A program made the position numbers and the translations under genes. A DNA stretch of 64,000 bases, taken from positions 66,873 to 130,872 of IMG/VR virus record IMGVR_UViG_3300022407_006288; one strand, 5' to 3'. Below, piece by piece: positions 32,915-43,612 of the stretch; position 1 is the stretch's first letter; each line of letters starts with the position of its first letter. The DNA comes from a virus. The notes below the pieces were generated by a model. It did not search any database. It was not told the origin of the DNA and saw only the letters and a program-made list of their open reading frames with translations.

Positions 32915-35698
32915 ATGTCAACACTCGTATCACCTGGCGTAAGCATATCAGTTATCGATCAAAGTATCAATGTTGGTGCTGGGCCCGGTACCGTACCACT
33001 AATTTTTATTGCAACAAAGCAGGATAAACTTGACCCAACTGGTTCAAGTGTTATTGCACCGGGCACAACACAGGCCAATGCCGGAAAGGTTTGGTCCATC
33101 ACCTCACAAAGAGATTTGGTATCAACATTTGGCGATCCGTACTTTTATGAAGTTAGCGGAACATCATTAAACGGATATCCACTAAATGAATACGGGCTAT
33201 TAGCAGCCTATTCATATCTGGGCTTATCAACTCTAACAAGAGTTGTTCGTGCAGATATTGATACTTCACAACTGGAACCTACGCCTGTAACACCAACTAG
33301 CCCTGCTGAAATTGGCACATATTGGTTAGATGAATCTGCTACTGGATCTGCTTATGGTTTGTTTGTACGTAGCGGAACTGATTGGGTTGCAGTAACCACC
33401 GAATATAACGAAAATGCCGCAACCGGAACTGCAAATACGCCTAATTCAGCTATTGGCATCAATGGCGATTATGCAACTTTGTTCCAAACAGCATCCGGAA
33501 CACTTTCATACTGGGTTAAAAATAACGGCGCCTGGTCACAAATAGGCACTGTTGCTTATACATCAGCACCAACATCGTGTTCATCAGCTGGTACAACTGT
33601 TACAACAACATCTACAGCAGGTTTAAGTGTAGGCATGATTCCAGCCGTTACAGTCGGTACTGGGGCTTTTGCAGCAAATACTAGAATTACATCAATAGAT
33701 AGCTCAACACAGTTTACAGTATCAGTTGCTCCTTCAGTTGCATTATTAACTGCCACAGTTACAGCAAAGTTTGGAATTGTAATACAAGAGGTATGGCCGG
33801 ATTTAACAAGTGCTGCAACCACACAACAGTATTGGGTCAAAACAACCCCACCAGCACAAGGTGCAAATATTGTTTTACGTAAAATGGATGCAACCACAGG
33901 CTCATTCTTGCAAGTCGAGGCACCGATACAGGCAAATGATGCTGATGCTGATACATATTACAGTAACGATTCATTAAAATCACTAGGACAAATTTACATT
34001 GAGCCCGTCCCATCAGGCGCTACAGCCATTGCTCTCCAATTTCAGATATGTACTGAGATGGTTGGTACAGTAGGCACCTGGGCACCCTTAGCTGATATCA
34101 TTGGTTCAGCATCTGTACCAACACAAGGGCCTGCAAATGGTCAGCTATGGTTTAATGCGCTATTGGGGCTTAACAACGACGGCGAGTCCACAATTGATAT
34201 TTTAATCAATAATGGTGAAGGGAACTGGGAAAATTGCATATTGCCGGGATTTACTCTTCCGGGCAGCACGGGCAATCCTAGACTATATCCGCAATCTCAG
34301 GATCCAAGAAGTAATGTTCCAGCACCGTCACTTAACTCCGGCGATATTTGGGTACAAACTGATGCATTACCTTATCCAGTAATTAGTCGCTGGAGTGGAT
34401 CAGCCTGGACATTAGTAGACAATGGCGATCAAACAACACCAAATGGTATTGTTTTTATGGACTGCCGACCAAATCCCGAGTACAATTTATCAACCGATCC
34501 ACTTAATCCGGTTGGAACCGGTGCCTATAACGACGGCGGCAATAATCCGGACTTAGATCCAGATGCACCAGATGCTTCTCTTTATCCAAGGGGCTTTTTA
34601 CTTTGGAATACACGTTATTCAACAAATAATGTAAAAGTATGGCAATCACCATATGTTTATAATGATGTAACTGCAAGTCCGGATAATACAAATTATGATT
34701 CTACCGGGCGTTGGGTCAACGAGTCTGGAAATAATCCAGGCGGCATACCTTACATGGGCGCAGATGCACAGCGTATCATGATTGTTCGTGCAATTCAAGC
34801 ACAGGTCATATCAAATGAGGAAATTCGCGCAGAAGATTTATATTTTAACTTAATTGCAGCACCTGGTTTTGTTGAAGCAATTGACGAAATGTTGGTACTA
34901 AATGAAGATCGTAAGGCCACAGCATTTGTACTCGGTGACACACCATTTACGCTAAGTGCTACTGGTACTGCGTTGCAAAACTGGGCTACAAACACATCTA
35001 ATGCATTTGGTAACGGATCTGATGGACTTGTATCAGCAAGCAAGTATTTTGCTACGTGGTATCCAAGCGGTTTGAGTACAAACGTTGATGGCACTGATGT
35101 TGTCGTACCGCCAACACACATGGCACTCAGAACAATTGCGTATAACGACCAAGTTGCATACCCGTGGTTTGCTCCTGCTGGTTTACAGCGCGGTATTGTT
35201 AACAATGCAGCAACTGTTGGTTATGTTAATGAAGAAGGGCAGTTTGTACCAGTCAAGCTAAATGAAGGACAGCGCGATATTTTATACCAAAATGGTATTA
35301 ACCCAATTCGCGTAATGCCAGCCGGCGGTATCGTGATATTTGGACAAAAGACACGACAGCCATATTCAAGTGCAACTGATCGTATCAACGTGGTTCGTTT
35401 AGAAAACTATCTACGTTATCAATTCGACCAACTTGCACAGCCGTTCTTGTTTGAACCCAATGATACAACTACACGTAAGGCAGTACTCGATGCATTTGAT
35501 CGTTTCTTATCTGAGCTTATTACATTACGTGCGTTATATGACTTCTTGGTCGTTTGCGATTTAAGTAATAATACTCCTGCCAGAATTGACAGAAATGAGT
35601 TATGGATTGACGTTGCAATTCAGCCAGTTAAGGCAATTGAATTCATCTATATCCCAATTCGTATTAAGAATACTGGATCAAGTTTATCAGCAGTTTAA
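32915..35698 (+). CDS. Tail sheath protein (T4 gp18-like)
   Basis: LVSPGVSISVID start; WFAPAG..RG, LYQNGINPI, FGQKT, RINVVRL, FLFEPND, IQPVKAIEFIYIP. Confidence 0.95.
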   Translation: MSTLVSPGVSISVIDQSINVGAGPGTVPLIFIATKQDKLDPTGSSVIAPGTTQANAGKVWSITSQRDLVSTFGDPYFYEVSGTSLNGYPLNEYGLLAAYSYLGLSTLTRVVRADIDTSQLEPTPVTPTSPAEIGTYWLDESATGSAYGLFVRSGTDWVAVTTEYNENAATGTANTPNSAIGINGDYATLFQTASGTLSYWVKNNGAWSQIGTVAYTSAPTSCSSAGTTVTTTSTAGLSVGMIPAVTVGTGAFAANTRITSIDSSTQFTVSVAPSVALLTATVTAKFGIVIQEVWPDLTSAATTQQYWVKTTPPAQGANIVLRKMDATTGSFLQVEAPIQANDADADTYYSNDSLKSLGQIYIEPVPSGATAIALQFQICTEMVGTVGTWAPLADIIGSASVPTQGPANGQLWFNALLGLNNDGESTIDILINNGEGNWENCILPGFTLPGSTGNPRLYPQSQDPRSNVPAPSLNSGDIWVQTDALPYPVISRWSGSAWTLVDNGDQTTPNGIVFMDCRPNPEYNLSTDPLNPVGTGAYNDGGNNPDLDPDAPDASLYPRGFLLWNTRYSTNNVKVWQSPYVYNDVTASPDNTNYDSTGRWVNESGNNPGGIPYMGADAQRIMIVRAIQAQVISNEEIRAEDLYFNLIAAPGFVEAIDEMLVLNEDRKATAFVLGDTPFTLSATGTALQNWATNTSNAFGNGSDGLVSASKYFATWYPSGLSTNVDGTDVVVPPTHMALRTIAYNDQVAYPWFAPAGLQRGIVNNAATVGYVNEEGQFVPVKLNEGQRDILYQNGINPIRVMPAGGIVIFGQKTRQPYSSATDRINVVRLENYLRYQFDQLAQPFLFEPNDTTTRKAVLDAFDRFLSELITLRALYDFLVVCDLSNNTPARIDRNELWIDVAIQPVKAIEFIYIPIRIKNTGSSLSAV

Positions 35699-35846
35699 TA
35701 CTGGTTTAACACAAGTATCAATAAAGGGCCGATTAATTTTAGCCCTTTATTTTTATCTAAACATAACCCTGTCTTACAATTTGCCAAGGATAAAAAAATT
35801 CCTAAAATTGATAAATAGTATTAGCTTTTAAGGCAGGAGAATAAAA

Positions 35847-36464
35847 ATGGCAAGCACACTATCTAAATTTGGAGTCCCGTTAAATGGTAGTCCATTGGGT
35901 ATTTTACAACCAAAACAAAAATATCGTTTTAGAGTAACATTTCAGAATTTTGGCGAAAACAATGGATTGAGAGAAATGACTGCAAACGTGGTTACATGTA
36001 CACGTCCTAAAGTTACATATGCTGAAGTACAACTCGATTCCTACAACTCCGTTGCATGGATTCAGGGCAAACATACCTGGGAAGTTCTTGAACTATCATT
36101 ACGTGATGATATTACCAATTCTGTAATTTCTTCAGTTGGTGCTCAGGTTCAAAAGCAAATGAATCACTTTGAACAAACAAGTGCAGTTGCAGGTATTAAT
36201 TACAAGTTCTCAATGACCATTGATTCACTGGATGGCACTGATAACGATGCATTAGAATCCTGGAACCTAGAAGGTTGCTTTTTAACCGCTGCAGCTTACG
36301 ATGGTGGTGATTATGCTGATGACAAGTCTCAAATGGTTACACTATCGATAAGATTTGATAATGCCACAAACGTATCTGGTCCAAATACAAACGAAGGCAC
36401 CACAGTTGGCGGAAACCCATTCCCGAATATTGCAAGCCCTACTGGTGGAACTACTTTCGCTTAA
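35847..36464 (+). CDS. Tail tube protein (T4 gp19-like)
   Basis: QPKQKYRFRV, GKHTWE..L.LRDD, W.LEGCFL, IRFDNA; follows sheath. Confidence 0.9.
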   Translation: MASTLSKFGVPLNGSPLGILQPKQKYRFRVTFQNFGENNGLREMTANVVTCTRPKVTYAEVQLDSYNSVAWIQGKHTWEVLELSLRDDITNSVISSVGAQVQKQMNHFEQTSAVAGINYKFSMTIDSLDGTDNDALESWNLEGCFLTAAAYDGGDYADDKSQMVTLSIRFDNATNVSGPNTNEGTTVGGNPFPNIASPTGGTTFA

Positions 36465-36573
36465 TGCCATCATTTAGTCATTATAAAGGCCTTATACAAC
36501 TTGTTAAAGGTATTTTATGGCAACTATTAAAAAGCATAATAAGAAAGATTTTGACACGCTAGTTATTGAGCCC

Positions 36574-36616
36574 TGCAAGAGCATGAACAAATTAAAATAT
36601 TGTTCATGCTCTTGCA
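36574..36616. repeat. Perfect 17-bp inverted repeat
   Basis: TGCAAGAGCATGAACAA-9 nt-TTGTTCATGCTCTTGCA. Confidence 0.95.
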
Positions 36617-36688
36617 TTCTTTTGAGTACTATAAATAGTTGCAACTGCTCTTAAAAATAAGTAGATTATTAGGAAGATAAATAGTATT

Positions 36689-37960
36689 ATGCCATCATTC
36701 TCAAGTCTATTTACATCTCTAACAGGGGCAGGATTCTATTACGAAAAAAGCTCCCGTCATGCTACGTATAACTTTAATCAAGAAGCACGATCACTTTATC
36801 GAAATCAGCCACGATTTCCGTTTGAGTATTATATTAATATATCATTAAATCAAGTAGGTACAGCAAAAAGTTATATTCAGCAATACTTTAATACGGTAGA
36901 TTGGCAGCAAATGGCACCACTTGTTAAAAGTATTGACATGCCATCCTTTAAAATAGAAACCACTCCACTTAATCAATATAATAGAAAAAGATTAAGCCAA
37001 ACAAAAGTTACATTTGATCCAATCAAGGTTGTTTTCCATGATGTAGCAGATGGAAAAACTTTAAAATTTTGGGAAATGTATTATAGATATTATTTTGCTG
37101 ACGGTAATGAACCTGGTAAAAATGAACCAAAACTATCACAAAATAAAAAAAGTACCTATTCAGTCGAATCGTTAATAAAAAATATCACCCCTGCAATAAA
37201 TCCCAATTTAGCTAGTTTACCATCAAGCATTAAAAACATGTTTGGCGGGGGAAATACACCCGGCTCAGTTTCGCCTACAAATAGTGTTGGGGTCAAATCA
37301 GGTATACAAAATATCGTAGCCGATACCTTAGATAACCATAAATTTGGTTTTAATTTACCAACAGTAGAAAATATAAGAAATTTAATTCAAACCATTGACA
37401 TTTATCAAGTTCATGCTGGTCGGTTTAATCAAGTTACTTTAGTTAATCCGCGAATTTCCGCGTTTACACACGATGTGCTAAATTACGGAGATACTAGCAA
37501 AACACTTGAATTAACATTTACTTTTGAATATGAGTATGCATATTACACAATTCAAAACATGAAATTAGGTAATCCGGATAACCAAACAAATAACAATTCA
37601 ACAATTGATCAATTTGAACACGGGGAATTTTTGGAGTTACCTGCATTAGCATTTAATGCAACCTTACTAGATTTTATTGAATCTAATAATCCTCTATTAC
37701 AATCTGATAACCCTATACTTCAGCGAATTGGTAAAAATACTCAGGCCAGTATTGGTGCTGTCACAGGTGCATTTGCATCAGACAAAGTTGTAAGAAGAGT
37801 CAGTGCAAGTGCTTTAGACGGATTAGCAAAAATTTCCCCTACACCATATAATCCAACAAGTTCTCCGGTAATTCAAACTAGGCCGTTTACATCAACAGCT
37901 AAAAAAACCAGCGCCGCTTATCAAGATGTTAATAGAACAGGAGTTAAACCAAATGGCTAA
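36689..37960 (+). CDS. Tail tube-like baseplate/initiator protein
   Basis: VKSIDMPSFKIET..NQYNRKR..QT...FDPIKVVFHD; tube-fold motifs. Confidence 0.7.
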   Translation: MPSFSSLFTSLTGAGFYYEKSSRHATYNFNQEARSLYRNQPRFPFEYYINISLNQVGTAKSYIQQYFNTVDWQQMAPLVKSIDMPSFKIETTPLNQYNRKRLSQTKVTFDPIKVVFHDVADGKTLKFWEMYYRYYFADGNEPGKNEPKLSQNKKSTYSVESLIKNITPAINPNLASLPSSIKNMFGGGNTPGSVSPTNSVGVKSGIQNIVADTLDNHKFGFNLPTVENIRNLIQTIDIYQVHAGRFNQVTLVNPRISAFTHDVLNYGDTSKTLELTFTFEYEYAYYTIQNMKLGNPDNQTNNNSTIDQFEHGEFLELPALAFNATLLDFIESNNPLLQSDNPILQRIGKNTQASIGAVTGAFASDKVVRRVSASALDGLAKISPTPYNPTSSPVIQTRPFTSTAKKTSAAYQDVNRTGVKPNG

Positions 37961-38426
37961 TCCTAATATTGCTACAGTTGGTCGATTTAGTTCGTTCATG
38001 CTCACCTATTTGGGTACGCAAAAAACTGTTAAAAATTTAAATGGTGTACCCACAAATACATTTAAGTATAATCAAGGTTATACTACTTTTCCAAGTGCTG
38101 GATCTATTTCCCAGGCAGATTTAGGAGGCGGCGTTGTTGGTAATTATTCTTCTTCGTCTTTTAATTCCACACAGTCGTATTTTTTATCTCGCAACGCCGG
38201 CGCATTATATGCCGACGCTATGACCGGACTAACAATTGATATGGCGGCAATGACAGGAACATCTCCTCAAGCCTTGCTCGAAACAGTAGATGCTAGTGGT
38301 AAATTATATTTCACAGAAAATTCATACAGAGCATTTAACAATTTAAGAGACCCCGGTAATCAAGCGGGTACTGTTACATCTGTAAACAACAGAAATAGCC
38401 TACAAGCAAGACAGATAAGATCATAA
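37953..38426 (+). CDS. Hypothetical virion protein
   Basis: ATG 37953 with AGGAG; late operon. Confidence 0.7.
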   Translation: MANPNIATVGRFSSFMLTYLGTQKTVKNLNGVPTNTFKYNQGYTTFPSAGSISQADLGGGVVGNYSSSSFNSTQSYFLSRNAGALYADAMTGLTIDMAAMTGTSPQALLETVDASGKLYFTENSYRAFNNLRDPGNQAGTVTSVNNRNSLQARQIRS

Positions 38427-38427
38427 A

Positions 38428-38862
38428 ATGGCAAGCAAATATGTGCAAGGGTATTATACTGTACTCAATCCCGACAAATATGTAGGCAAAGGTAAGCCGA
38501 TGTTTCGTAGCAGCTGGGAATTTAAAGTAATGCAAATGTTTGATACAAACCCCAACATTACAAATTGGGCAAGTGAATCCCTTAAAATTCCATATCAGAA
38601 TCCATTTACAGGTAAATATACCGTGTATGTGCCGGATTTTGTTGTCACTTATGTGGACGCTAAAGGTAATCGAAAAGCTGAGATTATTGAAGTAAAGCCA
38701 GCCAAAGAAACTTTCTTAGAACAAGCAAAGAGTCAAAGGGCTAAGGCAGCAGTTGCATTGAATACTTACAAATGGGCCGCAGCACACGCATTTGCTAAAC
38801 AACACGGGATGACATTTAGAGTTTTAACCGAACAGAATTTATTTAATAAACCGGGGAGATAA
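38428..38862 (+). CDS. Head completion nuclease (T4 gp4 / TnsA-like)
   Basis: FRSSWE, WASE...IPY, YVPDF, IIEVKP, KWAAA. Confidence 0.92.
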   Translation: MASKYVQGYYTVLNPDKYVGKGKPMFRSSWEFKVMQMFDTNPNITNWASESLKIPYQNPFTGKYTVYVPDFVVTYVDAKGNRKAEIIEVKPAKETFLEQAKSQRAKAAVALNTYKWAAAHAFAKQHGMTFRVLTEQNLFNKPGR

Positions 38863-38864
38863 GA

Positions 38865-39377
38865 ATTACAAAACGCCTCGAAGATTTTTTTAATTTATCG
38901 CCGCAGTCTAGCGAAGAAGAGACAGTGGAAGAATTGCCACCGTCTAAAACCAAAGAACAACTCATGGTTGAAGCTAAGGAAATTTATTCATCACTCTCTA
39001 CAGCTGAAAAAGTAGACTTTGCTTTACCCACAGTAGTTGGATTAGATTCTCACGACGATGAAATGGATTCAATTGCTGCAAAGGCAGTAAGAACATTTGA
39101 AGATCTTATATCCCTCGGTAGTAACGTGCCCGATATGCATGCCGGGAAAATCTATGAAGTGGCCGGCCAAATGCTCAAAACTGCACTTGAAGCAAAAAAT
39201 GCAAAAGCTGATAAAAAATTGCGAATGATTGAATTACAGCTTAAAAAGGTACGTGCAGAACAAATTGACTTGGATCAGGGAAATGGGGAGCGGCGTAGTG
39301 CAACTGGCGTAGAATTTGATCGAAATGATCTACTCAAGCACATTGTTTCCAGTAAAATAGAAAATTCTGATAAATAG
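38865..39377 (+). CDS. Putative terminase small subunit-like protein (non-AUG start)
   Basis: Open frame extends 20 codons upstream of track GTG to ATT after GGAG: (M)TKRLEDFFNL; helical core KIYEVAGQML..AL.AK..KADKKLRMIELQLKK. Confidence 0.55.
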   Translation: MTKRLEDFFNLSPQSSEEETVEELPPSKTKEQLMVEAKEIYSSLSTAEKVDFALPTVVGLDSHDDEMDSIAAKAVRTFEDLISLGSNVPDMHAGKIYEVAGQMLKTALEAKNAKADKKLRMIELQLKKVRAEQIDLDQGNGERRSATGVEFDRNDLLKHIVSSKIENSDK

Positions 39378-39399
39378 TCTTGATACTGGAGTTACTGTA

Positions 39400-40074
39400 A
39401 TGGCAGAAAAAAAATCATTTATTAATTATATTGCTGAAGTTAAAACAGAATATAAGTACGTCTTAAAATTTGCTGTAAACGAAATGACTGATGTAATGAT
39501 CGATCAGTTAGAATCTTCACTGACAAAGTATGATCTTAAACAGGCATCGTCATTTAGAAAAACACCTATACAGGAAAGTCCACTAGATTTCCCCAATGTA
39601 AAAAATATGCCGGTGTTTATTTGCGATTTAACACTGGGCTATCCTGGTTCACTTGATTTTCTTAGAACTTACATTTGCAATAATTTGGGCATATCACCTG
39701 CTCAAGTTGCTGTATATTCTGAAAATGATCCTAGACAAATAGAAACAGATTTATACATTGACAGAAATTCACCCGAATATAGAAAAAATTACAAGGCAAG
39801 ATTAGGCAGCGATTATGAAGAAGTTGCCGGTGCCGGGGCGGAAACATACGGTGAAAAGTATAATACAAGTTTTTTAAAAGAACTTGAGCAAGTACGTAAA
39901 GAAAGAAAAGTTGTAACAGTTGAAAATCCTTTAAGTCACGCAGAAGATATTGATCATTCTACACTACCTGCCGGATACGACGGATTCAATGATCCAAAAA
40001 ATTTAAAGAAGGACGATGTTGGACTATTCGGTCGCATCAAAAGACCTAATTTATTCAAGCCAGGTGTACTATGA
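39400..40074 (+). CDS. Conserved hypothetical (head module)
   Basis: Late promoter 39369-39376; 224 aa. Confidence 0.75.
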   Translation: MAEKKSFINYIAEVKTEYKYVLKFAVNEMTDVMIDQLESSLTKYDLKQASSFRKTPIQESPLDFPNVKNMPVFICDLTLGYPGSLDFLRTYICNNLGISPAQVAVYSENDPRQIETDLYIDRNSPEYRKNYKARLGSDYEEVAGAGAETYGEKYNTSFLKELEQVRKERKVVTVENPLSHAEDIDHSTLPAGYDGFNDPKNLKKDDVGLFGRIKRPNLFKPGVL

Positions 40075-41972
40075 ACTTACAAAGAATTAAACAATTAGCC
40101 GGTATTAAACTTAACGAAAGTATTGAAGCTGTTCCTGCAATAGGTGGATCAGAGTCTGATATGCAAACTGCCGGTACGGTAGGTCGCGATCAGGCATATG
40201 CTGCCTACGACGCATCACAGACTCCTGCAACAGAAGAACTTGAACTGGGCAATGATGACGATACAGTGCTTGGGTGGTATATTATTAGGGCAAATGACGG
40301 TGTAATAGCAGCCGGCCCTTATGTGTCCAAACCACATGCACGTAGTGATCGTGAAGGCAAAGCCTGGTATCTTGCCGATAGAAATAATTTTGATATTGCA
40401 TACGGATTTGGCGACAATGGATATTTTGTAGATGCAGAGTTAAACAAAACTGAAAATAATGACGAAGACGATTGGGCCGAAAGGTTAACTCAAGAGTACG
40501 AAAAGAATAGAGGTCTAGAAGACGGTTCTGAATTTGATCCAAAACTAGATCCGGCATTAAATGAAATGGCTCCTCCGGGTATGGAAGACATGGTATTGAA
40601 ACTTAAGAAGCAATATCCGGGACACCCCGAAAAAGCCTTTGCGACAGCTTGGTCAATTTACAATAAAGAACACGGTAAGACTGACGAAAGTACGTGCATA
40701 GACGAAAGCTCTCCACATCGAGCGATTGTTCAACAATGTATGGCTAGATTGCAAGAGTTAAGCGATTCTTTTGTTGATGAAGAAAAAGCATACGAAATAG
40801 TAGAACAAGAATTAATTGAACAAGGGTACGATGATGAGGATGTTGAATACATCAAGTATGCTATTGATCAAGAAATGAATTCAGACATGCACAATGATTC
40901 TGATCACTCCGACGATGCTTATGCATTAGCATCGGCGGGACACGGAAGTGATGAGGATTATGGGTACTACGGTGGCGAGGACGGTATGTATGAAGAAAGA
41001 GATACTTCGCGATTACCTCAAATTTTAAAGGCTGAAGAAATTAATGATCTCTTAACTTTACCGGTAGATTCTGCTAAAGCCAAAGCAATTGAATTAATTA
41101 ATAAAACCAATACAAGGCAGGAAAAGAAAGATTATTTAATACGTCAAGTTGAATCTGGGCTAAGTTCCAGGGCAGTTGTTAAATTATTATATGACATGTT
41201 ACTTGCCGGTGAAGGACAGCGTGTTCAAGGAAGCAGTTATTCAAGAAGATTTAGCGAAGATTTCGACTTAAATAACGGATACGACGATATTAATGATGCT
41301 AACGGCGATGATTACTTCCCCGACGGTGCCGATAGTCCTGTTGTTGACGCAACCGGTGCTGCCGGTGCACGCCAGGGCGATAATCCAGAACAGAAAAAAA
41401 TGCAAATTGCAGAGTTACATAAAGAACTTGTATATGGATATAGAAAATTTTTAAACGAGTCCGCAACAGAATCGAAAAAAAAGTTAACTGAAAATCAGCA
41501 ATTAGTTTCTAAAATTACAGCAATCGAATTTCATGGAACAGTGGGAGTTGATACCAAGAACGATACAATGGACTATGCAGACGAGATTACAGTGCGTGCA
41601 ACAGTTTTAGATAAAAACAACAAGCCTGTTGATATTCAGTATACTATTAATCTTAGCGCAGAAGCAGAAATTAGTTGGGAAGACTATGACGAACCGACCA
41701 GCTGGAATTATGGCTCTGACGAACCACAGCACGAAACATTTGCTGGCGCAAGTGTTGGTAATGGCGATATTTCCGACGTAGATTTTGTCGATGATAGTTT
41801 TTCTATCAACGGCCAGACCGGGCTATCAGTAGAAGATGTGGCACAATATATTAATCCGGAATCTTTGCAACAGTTATTAGATCCTAATAGCTATGCAGAT
41901 ATCATGGAAGATAAATTTACAGAAGAAGCCCAAGATTTACAACCGGACGAATTTGACGGACACTACGATTAA
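40071..41972 (+). CDS. Acidic mosaic head-associated protein
   Basis: RIKQLAGI motif; repeated LNE/LTE sites resembling prohead-protease cleavage sites. Confidence 0.6.
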   Translation: MNLQRIKQLAGIKLNESIEAVPAIGGSESDMQTAGTVGRDQAYAAYDASQTPATEELELGNDDDTVLGWYIIRANDGVIAAGPYVSKPHARSDREGKAWYLADRNNFDIAYGFGDNGYFVDAELNKTENNDEDDWAERLTQEYEKNRGLEDGSEFDPKLDPALNEMAPPGMEDMVLKLKKQYPGHPEKAFATAWSIYNKEHGKTDESTCIDESSPHRAIVQQCMARLQELSDSFVDEEKAYEIVEQELIEQGYDDEDVEYIKYAIDQEMNSDMHNDSDHSDDAYALASAGHGSDEDYGYYGGEDGMYEERDTSRLPQILKAEEINDLLTLPVDSAKAKAIELINKTNTRQEKKDYLIRQVESGLSSRAVVKLLYDMLLAGEGQRVQGSSYSRRFSEDFDLNNGYDDINDANGDDYFPDGADSPVVDATGAAGARQGDNPEQKKMQIAELHKELVYGYRKFLNESATESKKKLTENQQLVSKITAIEFHGTVGVDTKNDTMDYADEITVRATVLDKNNKPVDIQYTINLSAEAEISWEDYDEPTSWNYGSDEPQHETFAGASVGNGDISDVDFVDDSFSINGQTGLSVEDVAQYINPESLQQLLDPNSYADIMEDKFTEEAQDLQPDEFDGHYD

Positions 41973-41975
41973 TGT

Positions 41976-43550
41976 ATGGCAATTTACCAAGATGATAAAC
42001 TTGTAAAACGTGCTTATAGAAAGATAACATATACAAAAGAACAGATTGATGAATTAAAAGCATGTATGGACCCGGAAACAGGTCCTACATATTTTATCAA
42101 AAATTTCATGTATATTCAGACCACTACAGAAGGTCGACAAAAATTACAATTATTTGATTTTCAATACGAATTAATTAATAACTATAATAGATATAGGCGT
42201 TCTGTAAATATGCTATCTAGGCAATTAGGAAAAACCACTATTGCCGCCGGATATCTACTATGGTATGCCATGTTTCGGGAAGATGCAACAATATTAATTG
42301 CATCTAACAAGTACGATGGCGCCCAAGAAATTATGCACAGAGTTCGTTATGCATATGAATCTGTACCCGATCATATTCGGGCAGGTGTAAAAACATACAA
42401 TAAACGTTCCATGGACTTTGATAACGGTTCTAGAATTGTTGCAACAACCACTACAGAAAACACCGGCCGTGGTATGTCACTATCTTTAGTTTATCTTGAC
42501 GAGTTTGCGTTCGTTGAACCAAATATTGCAAAAGAATTCTGGACTTCTTTATCCCCGACCTTGTCAACAGGCGGTAAATGTATTATTACATCAACCCCTA
42601 ATACTGACGAAGATCAGTTTGCTGATATTTGGTTCGGAGCAAATAAAATGGTAGACTCTCACGGTAACGAAACAGAACTAGGGGTAAATGGATTTAAACC
42701 ATTTATACGTACCTGGAATGCCAGACCAGATAGAGATCAAGCCTGGGCCGATGCAGAACTGGCTGCACTACAAGAAGATCGTTTCCTTAGAGAACACATG
42801 TGTCAATTCATCACATTTGAAGAGACACTTATTAATCCTGTTAAATTGGCCAATTTGGAATCTATTCAGCCAATACGAAAAACCGGACAAGTGCGTTGGT
42901 ATGCACCAATTAATCCAAGTTTAACATATGTAGTTTCTCTTGATCCTTCAATGGGTACAGGCGGCGACAATGCAGCAATTCAGATACTTGAATTGCCTAC
43001 TCTTGTGCAGGTGGGAGAGTGGAGCAATAATAAAGCTCCAATTGAAGAACAAATTAGAACAATGAAAAAAATTCTAGAGGAATTATACCTAAGCGGTAAA
43101 CCAGAAATTTACTGGTCAGTTGAAAGTAATTCACTAGGAGAAGCTGCTTTAGTTGTTATCAGGGATACCGGCGAGGAAAACTTCCCGGGCACAATGTTGC
43201 ATGATCCAAAGAACAAATTACAAGGTAGACACGGTCGACGCGGCGGGTTTATTACAACTAATAAATCAAAACTTGAGGCATGTGCTAAATTAAAATTTTT
43301 AATTGAATCGGGAAAAATGCGAGTAAATTCCAAGGGATTATTATCGGAACTTAAAGTTTTTGTTTCCAGGGGCAATACATTTGAGGCCAGAATTGGGCAA
43401 ACAGATGACTTAATCATGGCAATGGTTTTAGCAGTTCGCATGACAGATTACATATCTACATGGGATGATAAATCACAGGCTGCAATTAATAGCAATATAT
43501 CATCGGACGATGATATGTCTTTTGATGGTCCAATGCCGATATTTATTTAA
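41976..43550 (+). CDS. terL: Terminase large subunit (T4 gp17-like)
   Basis: SRQLGKTT Walker A, VYLDEFAFV Walker B, ITSTPN, SLDPS nuclease, DDLIMA. Confidence 0.96.
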   Translation: MAIYQDDKLVKRAYRKITYTKEQIDELKACMDPETGPTYFIKNFMYIQTTTEGRQKLQLFDFQYELINNYNRYRRSVNMLSRQLGKTTIAAGYLLWYAMFREDATILIASNKYDGAQEIMHRVRYAYESVPDHIRAGVKTYNKRSMDFDNGSRIVATTTTENTGRGMSLSLVYLDEFAFVEPNIAKEFWTSLSPTLSTGGKCIITSTPNTDEDQFADIWFGANKMVDSHGNETELGVNGFKPFIRTWNARPDRDQAWADAELAALQEDRFLREHMCQFITFEETLINPVKLANLESIQPIRKTGQVRWYAPINPSLTYVVSLDPSMGTGGDNAAIQILELPTLVQVGEWSNNKAPIEEQIRTMKKILEELYLSGKPEIYWSVESNSLGEAALVVIRDTGEENFPGTMLHDPKNKLQGRHGRRGGFITTNKSKLEACAKLKFLIESGKMRVNSKGLLSELKVFVSRGNTFEARIGQTDDLIMAMVLAVRMTDYISTWDDKSQAAINSNISSDDDMSFDGPMPIFI

Positions 43551-43612
43551 TAGATAAAAATCCTAATTAAAATTCAGTTATTAGATAAATAACTAAAATA
43601 AGGAAATTTGTA

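Noticed and set aside
36517-36654. 45-aa Cys-rich ORF (MATIKKHNKK...CSCSC)
   Set aside because: It runs through the inverted repeat and late promoter; Cys content is explained by the palindrome; weak RBS.
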